Assembly: GCA_050294405.1 (NCBI GenBank)
Contig: JBNKOC010000008.1
Span: 32,001-96,000 of the forward strand
DNA from: Fibrobacteria bacterium
GTDB taxonomy: Bacteria > Fibrobacterota > Fibrobacteria > UBA11236 > JADFYW01
DNA: 64,000 nt
Direction of reading: 5' to 3'
The notes beneath the pieces were generated by a model. The model had not been told where the DNA came from and made no database searches. It saw only the letters and a list, made by a program, of their open reading frames with translations. A program made the position numbers and the translations under genes. Below, piece after piece: positions 1 to 9,640 of the stretch (its first letter is position 1; every line of letters starts with the position of its first letter).

Positions 1-1
1 A

Positions 2-622
2 ACATTTGATGTAAGTGGTCATTTAAATAATTATGAAACCCTAAGTGTAGGTGCTTTTTTTATTGAAGCCATGACGTTTGATGGACCATCAGTAAATTCT
101 CCTGAGACAGATACGGGGGCACTTGGATTATCTGCCAATTCAGAGGATGTTATTGCCAATTCTATTGATGCTAGTGCAACCAATCCTACTTCTTTTAATA
201 TTAGTTTTGAACCTGCTACCACAGCTCTAACAATGATGGTTGGATCAAATCCCGATGCCAGCAATCAATTGGAAGTCTCGACCTATAGTGCAAGCTCCAG
301 GGCTCTTAGTATTTACAATCTTGATGTGGTAAGCGATGCTTCTAGCAGAAACGAAGCAGTTAGTTCCATTGACGAGGCCATTGGCAGGTTAAATTCTAAA
401 CGCTCAAGTTGGGGAGCTACTATAAACAGGTTATCGAGTATTGAAAACAGTTTGGCTGTATCCCAATTTAATAAACAAGATGCGGAATCCAGAATCCGCG
501 ATGCCGACATGGCATGGGAAATGACGCAATTCACCAAAGCGCAAATCCTCCAAAATGTCCAGATGTCTGTATTATCCAAATCCAATTTAGCCAGGGAAGG
601 GGTTTTTAATTTATTGATGTAG
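2..622 (+). CDS. fliC: Flagellin, C-terminal part (5' end outside the window)
   Basis: Flagellin C-terminal motif RSSWGATINRL...AESRIRDADMAWEMTQFTKAQIL; the frame is open from base 2. Confidence 0.9.
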   Translation, partial: TFDVSGHLNNYETLSVGAFFIEAMTFDGPSVNSPETDTGALGLSANSEDVIANSIDASATNPTSFNISFEPATTALTMMVGSNPDASNQLEVSTYSASSRALSIYNLDVVSDASSRNEAVSSIDEAIGRLNSKRSSWGATINRLSSIENSLAVSQFNKQDAESRIRDADMAWEMTQFTKAQILQNVQMSVLSKSNLAREGVFNLLM

Positions 623-655
623 TGCCAGCAAAAAAAAAATAAGTACCTTTTTAGC

Positions 656-1285
656 ATGAAAAAAGCTGAAAAAGTTGCTTTTATTTTAGAGACTCTGGAG
701 AGCCTTTATCCAAACCCCCAGGTGCCGTTAAACCATAAGGATGCTTATACATTGTTGGTGGCAGTTTTGCTTTCGGCCCAATGTACCGATGAGCGGGTGA
801 ACAAGGTAACTCCCTACTTGTTTAAGCTGGCTAACACATCAAAGAAAATGGCTCAATTAAGCCAGTCTCAAATTTTGGAGATTATCAGACCTTGTGGGCT
901 AGGTCCGGCCAAATCAAAGGCCATTTTGGAATTATCCAAAATAATTGAAAAAAAGTTTCATGGTAAAGTCCCCGCAAACATGGAGGAACTGGAATCTCTT
1001 CCCGGAGTCGGACACAAAACAGCAAGTGTGGTAATGATCCAGGCTTTTAATACTCCAGCTTTTCCAGTAGATACACATATACATAGGCTGCTTTACCGTT
1101 GGGGAATTTCCAATGGGAAAAATGTTATGCAAACGGAAAAAGATGCAAAAAGACTTTTTCCCGAAGAAAGTTGGATAAAACTACATTTACAAATTATTTA
1201 TTTTGGAAGAGAATATTGCCCTGCCCGGGGCCATATCCCTGAAAATTGCCCTATATGCTCTGTCATAGGAAGAAAAAACATGTAG
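656..1285 (+). CDS. nth: Endonuclease III (HhH-GPD glycosylase)
   Basis: LLVAVLLSAQCTDERVN, HhH motif LPGVGHKTA, VDTH, C-terminal Cys cluster. Confidence 0.95.
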   Translation: MKKAEKVAFILETLESLYPNPQVPLNHKDAYTLLVAVLLSAQCTDERVNKVTPYLFKLANTSKKMAQLSQSQILEIIRPCGLGPAKSKAILELSKIIEKKFHGKVPANMEELESLPGVGHKTASVVMIQAFNTPAFPVDTHIHRLLYRWGISNGKNVMQTEKDAKRLFPEESWIKLHLQIIYFGREYCPARGHIPENCPICSVIGRKNM

Positions 1286-1292
1286 GCCTATT

Positions 1293-2042
1293 TTGGATAA
1301 AAAAAAGTTTGTAAATAATTTTTGGTCCTCCGTAGGCGCGAGGCCAGCTGCTGCTAGCTTATTTGATTATACTTCGGATTTGTATTATTTCGCAAAAAAC
1401 ATTTCCCATCAATTTGTCCGGGTGAATAAAAATATGGTGGTAAAATTAATGGGGTTTGAAAATGAAGAAGAATGTATTGGTCTGACTGATTTGGATATTT
1501 GGCCAAAATTTCTTTCCCAGAAATATATTGATGATGATAAGCTTGTATTTCGTTCTGCCAAGCCGGTGGCGAATAGGATTGAATTGATCTTACGGGAAGA
1601 TAAAACAATTGATTGGTTTTATACCACGAAAATACCCCTGTTTGACTTTGAGGGTAATGTTATTGGCGTAGAGGGTTTTAGCCGTTATGTTAAAAAAGCC
1701 AATTCGGACATGGATCCCATAATGAAAATGCCCGAAGTAATGGATTACATAATGAACAACTATTTTAACCCCATTGAAGTTAAAACTTTGGCTCAAAAAA
1801 TGAACCTTTCTGTTAAGCAGTTTGAACGCAATTTTAAAAAAATTTATGGCACCACACCCATTAAGTATATCACAAAAATTAGAATAGATGTAGCTTGCCA
1901 AATGTTGGCGCAAAATCAAATCAGCATTTCGGAAATAGCCTTACAAACTGGCTTCTACGATGCCAGTCATTTCTCAAATCAATTTCAAAAAACCATTGGT
2001 CAATCTCCCAAAAGCTATCGGGAAAAATTTAAAAATGTTTGA
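1293..2042 (+). CDS. PAS-domain AraC-family transcriptional regulator
   Basis: N-terminal PAS-like segment (WFYTTKIPLFDFEGNVIG) and C-terminal AraC double HTH (ISEIALQTGFYDASHFSNQFQKTIGQSP); TTG start. Confidence 0.88.
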   Translation: MDKKKFVNNFWSSVGARPAAASLFDYTSDLYYFAKNISHQFVRVNKNMVVKLMGFENEEECIGLTDLDIWPKFLSQKYIDDDKLVFRSAKPVANRIELILREDKTIDWFYTTKIPLFDFEGNVIGVEGFSRYVKKANSDMDPIMKMPEVMDYIMNNYFNPIEVKTLAQKMNLSVKQFERNFKKIYGTTPIKYITKIRIDVACQMLAQNQISISEIALQTGFYDASHFSNQFQKTIGQSPKSYREKFKNV

Positions 2043-2066
2043 CGTTGTCTTGGTTAAAGGAAAAAA

Positions 2067-2906
2067 TTGGATAGTTCGCTTTTAAATATTGAAAAAGTCC
2101 GAGGACAAAGCAGAATCGTTGGAGCTAAAAGTATTGCACCTTTAAAAATGCTTTTTCCGAATTTAAGCTCTGAATTTAGTACGACAATACTTTCAAGCTA
2201 TGGTGGAGGAACCCTGCAAGGAGATATGGTTCGTCTTGATGTGGGAGTGGGCAAAGAAGCAAAGCTGTTTTTGGGCAATCAAGCCTGGAGCCGTTTGTAT
2301 AAAAATGAGGGTGGGGGAAAGGCTTGCCTCGAAATAAATGGAAGGCTTGAGGAAACATCCCAGGCTCATGTGTTTCCCGAATTTACTATTCCACAGGCAA
2401 AAAGCGATTTTGAAAACAGCCAAAATTGGGATTTAAAACCAGGCTCCCTTTTATTTTTGGTGGATGGCTTTGTGGCCGGTAGAATTCAAAATGGAGAAAA
2501 GTTTCAATACACGCGATATAAATCAGAAGTAAAAATCCATTTTAACTCCAAACTATTGTTAAAAGACGTGTTTGTATCGCAGCCTGAAATAGACTTTCCC
2601 CAATTTAGCGGTAACTTCGGAAAAAATATAGGCTATGTAAACAGTTATCTCGTGGGAAATTTTGACTCTTCTGCATATCAAACAATTTCCAAGGGAATCC
2701 AGGAATCATTAACAAATTTTAAAGAGCAACAAGAAAAATCAGAAAATACTATTTTGCTCAGTTGGGATGCTCCAAAAGAAAATTTGTTAGTTACAAGAGC
2801 TGTTAGTTCATCAATCCAATCTTTAAAAGATTGGATTGCTCTATTGGTTCAGCTACTAGCCAGGCCAAATGTATTGGGTATTAATCCTTTGAGCCGAAAG
2901 TATTAA
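2067..2906 (+). CDS. ureD: Urease accessory protein UreD/UreH
   Basis: PLKML, SYGGGTLQGD, NQAWSRLYK and GR...GEKF motifs; adjacent to the urease cluster. Confidence 0.85.
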   Translation: MDSSLLNIEKVRGQSRIVGAKSIAPLKMLFPNLSSEFSTTILSSYGGGTLQGDMVRLDVGVGKEAKLFLGNQAWSRLYKNEGGGKACLEINGRLEETSQAHVFPEFTIPQAKSDFENSQNWDLKPGSLLFLVDGFVAGRIQNGEKFQYTRYKSEVKIHFNSKLLLKDVFVSQPEIDFPQFSGNFGKNIGYVNSYLVGNFDSSAYQTISKGIQESLTNFKEQQEKSENTILLSWDAPKENLLVTRAVSSSIQSLKDWIALLVQLLARPNVLGINPLSRKY

Positions 2907-2923
2907 AAACAACTTAGAATACT

Positions 2924-3109
2924 TTATTTTGCCTCAGCCTTCATGCTTCTAAAAGCAAAATAAAACATGGAAAGCGCTAAAGCCCAAATTATAATAACAG
3001 GAGCCAAATTATCGCTTAAATGCAACTTCTCGTTTAAATGGCCCGGATGGCTGAAGAGGCTTGTGCAGCTTAGTAAAGTTGCAGATATAATAAAAAATGA
3101 TTTTTTCAT
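2924..3109 (-). CDS. Small membrane protein with signal peptide and HPGH motif
   Basis: 61 aa; AGGA SD upstream; 14 bp after the ureG stop; hydrophobic N-terminus, SHPGH, one C-terminal TM helix. Confidence 0.6.
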   Translation of the reverse strand: MKKSFFIISATLLSCTSLFSHPGHLNEKLHLSDNLAPVIIIWALALSMFYFAFRSMKAEAK

Positions 3110-3123
3110 AAATATTTCCTTAG

Positions 3124-3876
3124 TTAATGGGCATGGGCGGTCGAAACCTCTTCCGCTGCTTTGTATGCAGCCAAAATGTGGTTGGCTACCAGTTCAATTC
3201 CATCGCTTTGCTTGATACATGTAAATATGGTGGGACCGTCTCCCCTCATTTTTTTTGCATCTCTTTGCATTACATTTAAACTTGCACCTACCAATTCTGC
3301 CAAATCAATTTTGTTAATCATAAGCAGGTCGGACTGGGTAATTCCCGGACCGCCTTTTCTGGGGATTTTGTCTCCACCAGATACATCTATTACATATATA
3401 GAGTAATCCACCAATTCCATGCTGTAATGTGCAGCCAGATTATCGCCCCCACTTTCCACAAATAAAAAATCAATGTCCCCATTAAAACGGGTCATTAAAT
3501 CTTCTAATGCGGTTAAATTTAGCGAAATATCTTCCCTAATTGCTGCGTGGGGGCAGCCTCCCGTTTCCACTCCCATAATTCTATCTGAGGGTAGGGCATT
3601 ATTTCGCAGCAAAAATTCAGCATCTTCCCGGGTGAAAATATCATTTGTTACTACTCCCAAACTGTAGTTATTTCTCCAATATTCACAAATTGCTTTTAAC
3701 AACGCTGTTTTACCACTGCCAACGGGTCCGCCAATCCCTATGGTAAAAGCTCTTTCTTTAAAGTTGCGTTTTGGGTCGAGGCGGTCGCGATTTTTAAATT
3801 CTCCGGGATTGTCCCAATTCTCATGGCTGTGCCCATGGGAATGATCTCCATGTAAATGATATCGAATGGATTTCAT
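3124..3876 (-). CDS. ureG: Urease accessory GTPase UreG with His-rich N-terminus
   Basis: P-loop [27 protein letters not shown]. Confidence 0.97.
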   Translation of the reverse strand: MKSIRYHLHGDHSHGHSHENWDNPGEFKNRDRLDPKRNFKERAFTIGIGGPVGSGKTALLKAICEYWRNNYSLGVVTNDIFTREDAEFLLRNNALPSDRIMGVETGGCPHAAIREDISLNLTALEDLMTRFNGDIDFLFVESGGDNLAAHYSMELVDYSIYVIDVSGGDKIPRKGGPGITQSDLLMINKIDLAELVGASLNVMQRDAKKMRGDGPTIFTCIKQSDGIELVANHILAAYKAAEEVSTAHAH

Positions 3877-3894
3877 AGCTATATATAACTCCGC

Positions 3895-4572
3895 TTAATT
3901 TTGAAATAATTTGCTGTATAATTCATGATGGGATGTTTGGCATAAATCAATGCTTACTGCTGACTTATAAGCCTCCTTAAAATGCATTTCTTTAGATATG
4001 TCTAAATACTTTTGTAGTTGAGGGTATATTTCCTTCTGCAATAGATTTCCGCTCATGGAACCGAGAATGCCCAAACGTATTGCAGCATTAATTTGATCTC
4101 TTAAGTTTAACCACATAAATAGCTGCTTAATTGTGTCCAGTTCTATTTTTATTGATAATAAGCTAAGCCCAAAAATAGGAGTAAAGTAAGCAGGTATTTT
4201 TTTTTGTGCAATGTATTGTTGTAAATTTTCAATCCAGGTATTCTTATACAAATGCTTCAATAATCGAATCCATGAGCGCCCTAAAATTAAATTGCCTTTG
4301 GAAAGGCTGCTGGAAATCTGGGTAGCCTCATAATCCAAAAACAATTCTTCCAAGGGTGAAAAATCCCATGCTTCAAAAATGCTTTGGCAAGAATTTAGGT
4401 AAGGAATTTCTGCTGTTGATAATTGACGAAGATAACTATGTAAATAGTTTTCAAATTCTTTCTCATCGGCAATTATTTTTTTTTGATAAGCAGCTTCTAA
4501 CCCCTGGCTAAACGCATACCCTCCGGCCGGTAATGCCGAATCCACAAAATGCCAAATTTCAAAGGGACTCAT
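3895..4572 (-). CDS. ureF: Urease accessory protein UreF
   Basis: DSALPAGGYAFSQGLE, AAIRL, C-terminal SKLFQN. Confidence 0.93.
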   Translation of the reverse strand: MSPFEIWHFVDSALPAGGYAFSQGLEAAYQKKIIADEKEFENYLHSYLRQLSTAEIPYLNSCQSIFEAWDFSPLEELFLDYEATQISSSLSKGNLILGRSWIRLLKHLYKNTWIENLQQYIAQKKIPAYFTPIFGLSLLSIKIELDTIKQLFMWLNLRDQINAAIRLGILGSMSGNLLQKEIYPQLQKYLDISKEMHFKEAYKSAVSIDLCQTSHHELYSKLFQN

Positions 4573-4574
4573 AT

Positions 4575-6284
4575 TTAAAACAAGCTATATAACTGGGTTA
4601 GTGGAAGTTTATCCAAGGGCTCACAGGTTAAAATTTCTCCATCGGCTTTTACCACATAAGTTTCCGGGTCCACTTCCATTTTTGGAAGGTAATCATTATG
4701 TATCATATCTTTCTTTCCTATATCTCTGCAATGAGAAACAGCTACGCAATTCTTAGCTAACCCATACTCCTCAATTTTATTCAGAGAAGCCTTGGAAACA
4801 AAGGACATGGAAACAGCAGCGGCACTTTTGTTAAAAGATCCAAACATTGGGCGCTGGTATACAGGCTGGGGAGTGGGAATAGAAGCGTTGGCATCTCCCA
4901 TTTGACTATAGGCAATGATTCCGCCTTTAACCACAATTTCTGGTTTGCTACCAAAAAAACCAGGTTTCCAAAGTACTAAGTCAGCCAATTTTCCTTTTTC
5001 TACGGAGCCAATATGGGCGCTCATTCCGTGGGCGATGGCCGGGTTTATGGTGATTTTAGATATGTATCTTTTCACCCGGAAATTATCGTTGCCTGCGGCT
5101 TTGTCTTCGGGTAAAGTCCCTCGCTGCACTTTCATTTTGTGCGCAGTTTGCCATGTTCTGCAAACAACCTCTCCAATGCGGCCCATGGCCTGGCTATCCG
5201 AAGCTATAATAGAGATGGCGCCTAAATCGTGAAGGATATCTTCAGCTGCAATAGTTTCTTTTCTGATTCGGCTTTCCGCAAAGGCCACATCTTCCATTAT
5301 TTTTTTGTCCAAATGATGGCAAACCATTAACATATCCACATGTTCGTCAATCGTATTGACCGTATAGGGGCGGGTAGGGTTTGTGGAAGAGGGAATAACA
5401 TTGGCCTCGCCGCAGAGTTTTATGATATCAGGGGCATGGCCTCCGCCTGCTCCTTCGGTATGATAGGTGTGGATGGTTCTGCCTCTAAAGGCAGCCCTTG
5501 ATTTTTCGACAAATCCCGATTCATTTAATGTGTCTGTATGTATACAGACTTGGATGTCAAATTCATCGGCAACCGTTAAACAACTGTCTATTGCTGCCGG
5601 CGTTGTCCCCCAATCTTCATGAAGTTTGAGCCCGCAGGCTCCCGCTGCAATCTGTTCAGGAAGCCCATCTCTCAAGCTAGAGTTACCTTTACCTAAAAAA
5701 CCAAAGTTAAGGGGCCAACTGTCATTGGCTTGTAACATCATTTTTATATAAAATTCACCTGGGGTACAAGTAGTGGCGTTGGTGCCGGTAGCTGGTCCAG
5801 TTCCGCCACCAAGTAAAGTGGTGATTCCTGAAGCAATGGCTTCTTCAATTTGCTGAGGACAAATATAATGGACGTGGACATCCAGGGCGCCAGCCGTTAA
5901 AACCATTCCTTCTCCGGCAATAACCTCCGTGGTAACCCCCACAATTAAATCGGGATGCACACCAGGCATAATATCGGGGTTTCCGGCTTTCCCTATGCCT
6001 TTAATGCGACCATTTTTAACACCGACATCAGCTTTATAAATACCTGAGTGATCGATAATAAGGGCATTTGTAATCACCAAATCCAAGGCCTTCTCCTGAG
6101 AGACGCCACTTGCCTGGCCCATTCCGTCTCTTAGTACCTTTCCTCCGCCGAATTTGCATTCTTCGCCATATATGGTGAGATCTTTTTCCACCTCAATTAC
6201 AAGGCCGGTATCACCCAGGTACATTTTATCCCCGGTGGTGGGGCCATACATATCCGCATATGCTTTGCGATTGATTATGCTCAT
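4575..6284 (-). CDS. ureC: Urease alpha (catalytic) subunit
   Basis: [53 protein letters not shown]. Confidence 0.98.
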   Translation of the reverse strand: MSIINRKAYADMYGPTTGDKMYLGDTGLVIEVEKDLTIYGEECKFGGGKVLRDGMGQASGVSQEKALDLVITNALIIDHSGIYKADVGVKNGRIKGIGKAGNPDIMPGVHPDLIVGVTTEVIAGEGMVLTAGALDVHVHYICPQQIEEAIASGITTLLGGGTGPATGTNATTCTPGEFYIKMMLQANDSWPLNFGFLGKGNSSLRDGLPEQIAAGACGLKLHEDWGTTPAAIDSCLTVADEFDIQVCIHTDTLNESGFVEKSRAAFRGRTIHTYHTEGAGGGHAPDIIKLCGEANVIPSSTNPTRPYTVNTIDEHVDMLMVCHHLDKKIMEDVAFAESRIRKETIAAEDILHDLGAISIIASDSQAMGRIGEVVCRTWQTAHKMKVQRGTLPEDKAAGNDNFRVKRYISKITINPAIAHGMSAHIGSVEKGKLADLVLWKPGFFGSKPEIVVKGGIIAYSQMGDANASIPTPQPVYQRPMFGSFNKSAAAVSMSFVSKASLNKIEEYGLAKNCVAVSHCRDIGKKDMIHNDYLPKMEVDPETYVVKADGEILTCEPLDKLPLTQLYSLF

Positions 6285-6312
6285 GTTTATTCCGCCTTTA
6301 ATTCCGTTAACT

Positions 6313-7047
6313 TCAGGGAAGGTCTTTTTCTAATCTTTCCAATGCAGGTTCTAACTCTTTAGAGCCGCGAGTCCAATTATTTCCTCCGTGGACAATCTGC
6401 TTACCGGAGATTTTTACCAGAGAAACTTTTTTAATATCACCAGGTTCAAAACGAATGGCCGTACCTGAAGGTATATCTAAACGAAATCCAAAAGCTGATT
6501 TTCTATCGAACTTTAAGGCGGGATTTGTTTCGAAAAAGTTGTAATGACTTCCCACTTGGATGGGCCTATCCCCAGAATTGGTGACTTCCAATTCAATGAC
6601 TTCCCTTCCTTCGTTCAGAGAAATTTCTTTATCCTGAGTTTGGACTTCGCCGGGAATATGCTCTTGTGATTCTTCTACGGATTTAACCACAGGATTATAG
6701 CTGAGACCAGAACCGTATAAGGCTAAATTCATATCGCCCTTTTCACTGGAAATGGGTTGGTGGATTGTGACTAGCTTTGTGCCATCTGGAAAAGTCCCTT
6801 CCACTTGGACTTCGTGAATGAGATCTCCAACTCCAGGCATTACATCGGAAAAACCCAATAGTTTTTTCCCTTTGTCCATTAGCTCGGCCACAGATTCCCC
6901 TTCGCGAATCCATTCCAATGTTTGGCTGGCAATTAGGGCCACAGATTCGGGGTAATTTAATTTGATTCCGCGAGCGAGGCGTTTTTGAGAAAGAAAGCCT
7001 GCATTGTGGAGCAATAACTTATCGATTTCCTTTGGGGAAAGGTGCAT
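6313..7047 (-). CDS. ureAB: Fused urease gamma-beta subunit
   Basis: Gamma motifs ([24 protein letters not shown]) and beta motifs ([25 protein letters not shown]) in one ORF. Confidence 0.95.
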   Translation of the reverse strand: MHLSPKEIDKLLLHNAGFLSQKRLARGIKLNYPESVALIASQTLEWIREGESVAELMDKGKKLLGFSDVMPGVGDLIHEVQVEGTFPDGTKLVTIHQPISSEKGDMNLALYGSGLSYNPVVKSVEESQEHIPGEVQTQDKEISLNEGREVIELEVTNSGDRPIQVGSHYNFFETNPALKFDRKSAFGFRLDIPSGTAIRFEPGDIKKVSLVKISGKQIVHGGNNWTRGSKELEPALERLEKDLP

Positions 7048-7071
7048 AAGCGTTTCCTTTTTTCGTTTACC

Positions 7072-7782
7072 TTAAAAGGTTAAAAACTTTTTGATACTTT
7101 CGTCAGATAAATTTTCAGCTTTTCCTGAAAGTCCTATCTGACCCCTATCTATCATGTAAAAAAAGTTTCCGATTTGCCGGGCAAAATCAAAATATTGCTC
7201 CACCAGGATGATGGTGAGGTTTCCCATGTCTTTTAATTTAACCAGGGCTTTTTCGATATCCTGAATAATGGATGGTTGAATGCCCTCAGTGGGCTCATCC
7301 AAAATCAATACTTTTGGATCTCCAACGAGGGCTCGGGCAATGGCTAATTGTTGCTGTTGTCCGCCGCTTAGATTGCCACCCATTCTTTTTTCCATATCGC
7401 CCAATACGGGGAATAAATCATATACCAATTCTGTGGGAACTTTTTTCAATCCATCGGTTCTGGCTTCTAGCCCAATTAGCAAATTTTCGTAGACAGTGAG
7501 TTTGGAAAAAATTTCCCGGCCCTGGGGTACATATCCGATGCCAGCCTTTACCCGAAGGTCGGCAGAAACATTTGTATAATCCTTACCCTCAATTAGCATT
7601 TTTCCTTTTTTAAAATCCAAGAGGCCGCAAATAGCCTTTAACAGAGTTGTTTTGCCCACACCATTTCGTCCCATGATGGCAGTGATGGAACCTTTTTCAA
7701 TTTCCAGATTGATGTCTCTTAAAATTTGGCTCTCACCATAATAAACATCCAGGTTTTTTACTTCTATAATATTTTGAGTCAT
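7072..7782 (-). CDS. urtE: Urea ABC transporter ATP-binding subunit
   Basis: GRNGVGKTT, YVPQGREIF, LSGGQQQQLAIARAL, DEPTEGIQP. Confidence 0.95.
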   Translation of the reverse strand: MTQNIIEVKNLDVYYGESQILRDINLEIEKGSITAIMGRNGVGKTTLLKAICGLLDFKKGKMLIEGKDYTNVSADLRVKAGIGYVPQGREIFSKLTVYENLLIGLEARTDGLKKVPTELVYDLFPVLGDMEKRMGGNLSGGQQQQLAIARALVGDPKVLILDEPTEGIQPSIIQDIEKALVKLKDMGNLTIILVEQYFDFARQIGNFFYMIDRGQIGLSGKAENLSDESIKKFLTF

Positions 7783-7791
7783 ACGTACTAA

Positions 7792-8532
7792 CTAATGATG
7801 TGAACTTCCTAAATAACATTCTATAACTTTGGGATTACTTTGCACTTCTTCCATTGGCCCTTCCACTAAAACTTTTCCCTGATGGAGAACGGTCACAAGA
7901 TTAGCAATTTGGCGCACAAAGGTCATATCGTGTTCAATCACAATAATGGACCTATGGGAAGAAAGTTCTTTTAGCCATTCTCCGGTTTTGTGGGTTTCTT
8001 CATCGGTCATACCGGCAGCGGGTTCATCAATTAACATGAGCCGCGGCTCCTGTAAAATAACCATAGATATTTCTAACCATTGTTTTTGGCCGTGGGATAA
8101 AGAACCAGCTGTTTGTTGTAAATGTTCTTTGAGCCCCGCCCGTTCGGCCACCTCAAAGATTCTGTCTTTTTCCTTTTTGGTCATTTTGTAAAATAAGGAG
8201 GAAAATACGCCTCGTTTGGTTTTGAAGGCTAACATCATGTTTTCCATAACTGTCAAGGAAGGGAAAATAGTTGGGGTTTGAAATTTTCTGCCTACACCAA
8301 CATCTACAATTTCCTTTTCTGAAAGCTTGGTTAAATCTTTATCGTCCAACATAGCTGAGCCGGTATCAGGTTTGGTTTTTCCGCACAAGCAATCTAAAAA
8401 AGTTGTTTTTCCCGCCCCATTGGGGCCGATAACCACTCGGAGCTCATTTTCTTCAATAATAAAGGTGTTTATATCCAAAGCTTTAAATCCATCAAAGGAA
8501 ACGCTTAAATTTTCAACATACATTAAGCTCAT
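7792..8532 (-). CDS. urtD: Urea ABC transporter ATP-binding subunit
   Basis: VSFDGFKAL, GPNGAGKTT, GRKFQTP, LSHGQKQWLEI. Confidence 0.95.
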   Translation of the reverse strand: MSLMYVENLSVSFDGFKALDINTFIIEENELRVVIGPNGAGKTTFLDCLCGKTKPDTGSAMLDDKDLTKLSEKEIVDVGVGRKFQTPTIFPSLTVMENMMLAFKTKRGVFSSLFYKMTKKEKDRIFEVAERAGLKEHLQQTAGSLSHGQKQWLEISMVILQEPRLMLIDEPAAGMTDEETHKTGEWLKELSSHRSIIVIEHDMTFVRQIANLVTVLHQGKVLVEGPMEEVQSNPKVIECYLGSSHH

Positions 8533-8536
8533 AATC

Positions 8537-9640
8537 TTATTGATTCCCTCCGTTACCTGGGGTTCCCGCTTTTTTTAATTTAGCCGCTTTGGAAAATAAT
8601 GATGGAAGGCTTCCCATAAGGCCTTTAGGGAAAAACAAAACTACTCCAATAAATAATAGTCCCAATACATAGGGCCAGTATTCAGGGATAGTTCCAGTCA
8701 TGGTGCTATACAAAAGGCTAACCAACAGGGCCCCAAAAATGGGTCCAGATAGTGTGCCTCGGCCACCAAGCGCTGTCCAGATAACCATTTCAATGGATGC
8801 TTCCACAGTCATTCTTCCTGGGGTGATGATTCCTGTTTGAGGAACATATAACATGCCTCCCAGGGCGGCAAATACAGCAGCCAGAATAAATACAAATATT
8901 TTAAAGTGGGTTATGCGAAATCCAATGAATCGCAATCTGAACTCCCTATCCCTAATAGCGACCAGTACTTTGCCCAGCTTGGATCCCACAATAAATTTAG
9001 ACAAGAAATACAATCCTATGACTAAGGCAAAAGTCACCACATACAAGCCTCTTTTTGTGGCAGGGGAGGTTAAGTCAAAGCCTAAAAGTGTTTTGAAATC
9101 AGTAAGCCCGTTGGTTCCGCCTAACATGGTTTCGTTCCTTAAAAACAAAAGCCACATGGCCAAAGCAAAAGCCTGGGTAATAATTGCAAAATAAACGCCT
9201 TTGAGTCGGCTCCTAAAGGCGAAGAAACCGAAAATTCCCGCTACAACAGCAGGTACCAATAAAACCATTAACAAGGTTATAGGAAAAGAATAAAAAGGCT
9301 TCCAGAATGCGGGAAGTTCCTTTACGGCATTCCAAACCATAAAATCAGGTAATGTGGAGCCATACACTCCTGATGTGCCGGTTTTAAGCAACATATGCAT
9401 GCCGATGGCATAGCCGCCCAAACAAAAATAAAAGGCCTGGCACAAGGAAAGTATACCCGTATAACCCCATATCAGGTTTACACCCATAGCGGCAATTCCA
9501 AAACATAAGTACCTGCCCCATAGATTTAGGGTATTGTCTGAAAGTACGCCTATTGAGTTTAAAATGGGGGCTAGAATTCCAAATGCAAGGATGGTTCCTA
9601 AAAGGGGTAAGTTTTTCTGAATTTTTTTATTCATCTGCAT
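8537..9640 (-). CDS. urtC: Urea ABC transporter permease
   Basis: WGYTGILSL, PDFMVWN, GVYFAIITQA, GGTNGLTDF, GGRGTL. Confidence 0.95.
   Translation of the reverse strand: MQMNKKIQKNLPLLGTILAFGILAPILNSIGVLSDNTLNLWGRYLCFGIAAMGVNLIWGYTGILSLCQAFYFCLGGYAIGMHMLLKTGTSGVYGSTLPDFMVWNAVKELPAFWKPFYSFPITLLMVLLVPAVVAGIFGFFAFRSRLKGVYFAIITQAFALAMWLLFLRNETMLGGTNGLTDFKTLLGFDLTSPATKRGLYVVTFALVIGLYFLSKFIVGSKLGKVLVAIRDREFRLRFIGFRITHFKIFVFILAAVFAALGGMLYVPQTGIITPGRMTVEASIEMVIWTALGGRGTLSGPIFGALLVSLLYSTMTGTIPEYWPYVLGLLFIGVVLFFPKGLMGSLPSLFSKAAKLKKAGTPGNGGNQ

Noticed and set aside
6285..6315. Possible read-through fusing ureAB and ureC into a single-chain urease
   Set aside because: The 28-bp spacer puts ureC out of frame, no slippery site is evident, and ureC has its own purine-rich upstream sequence.
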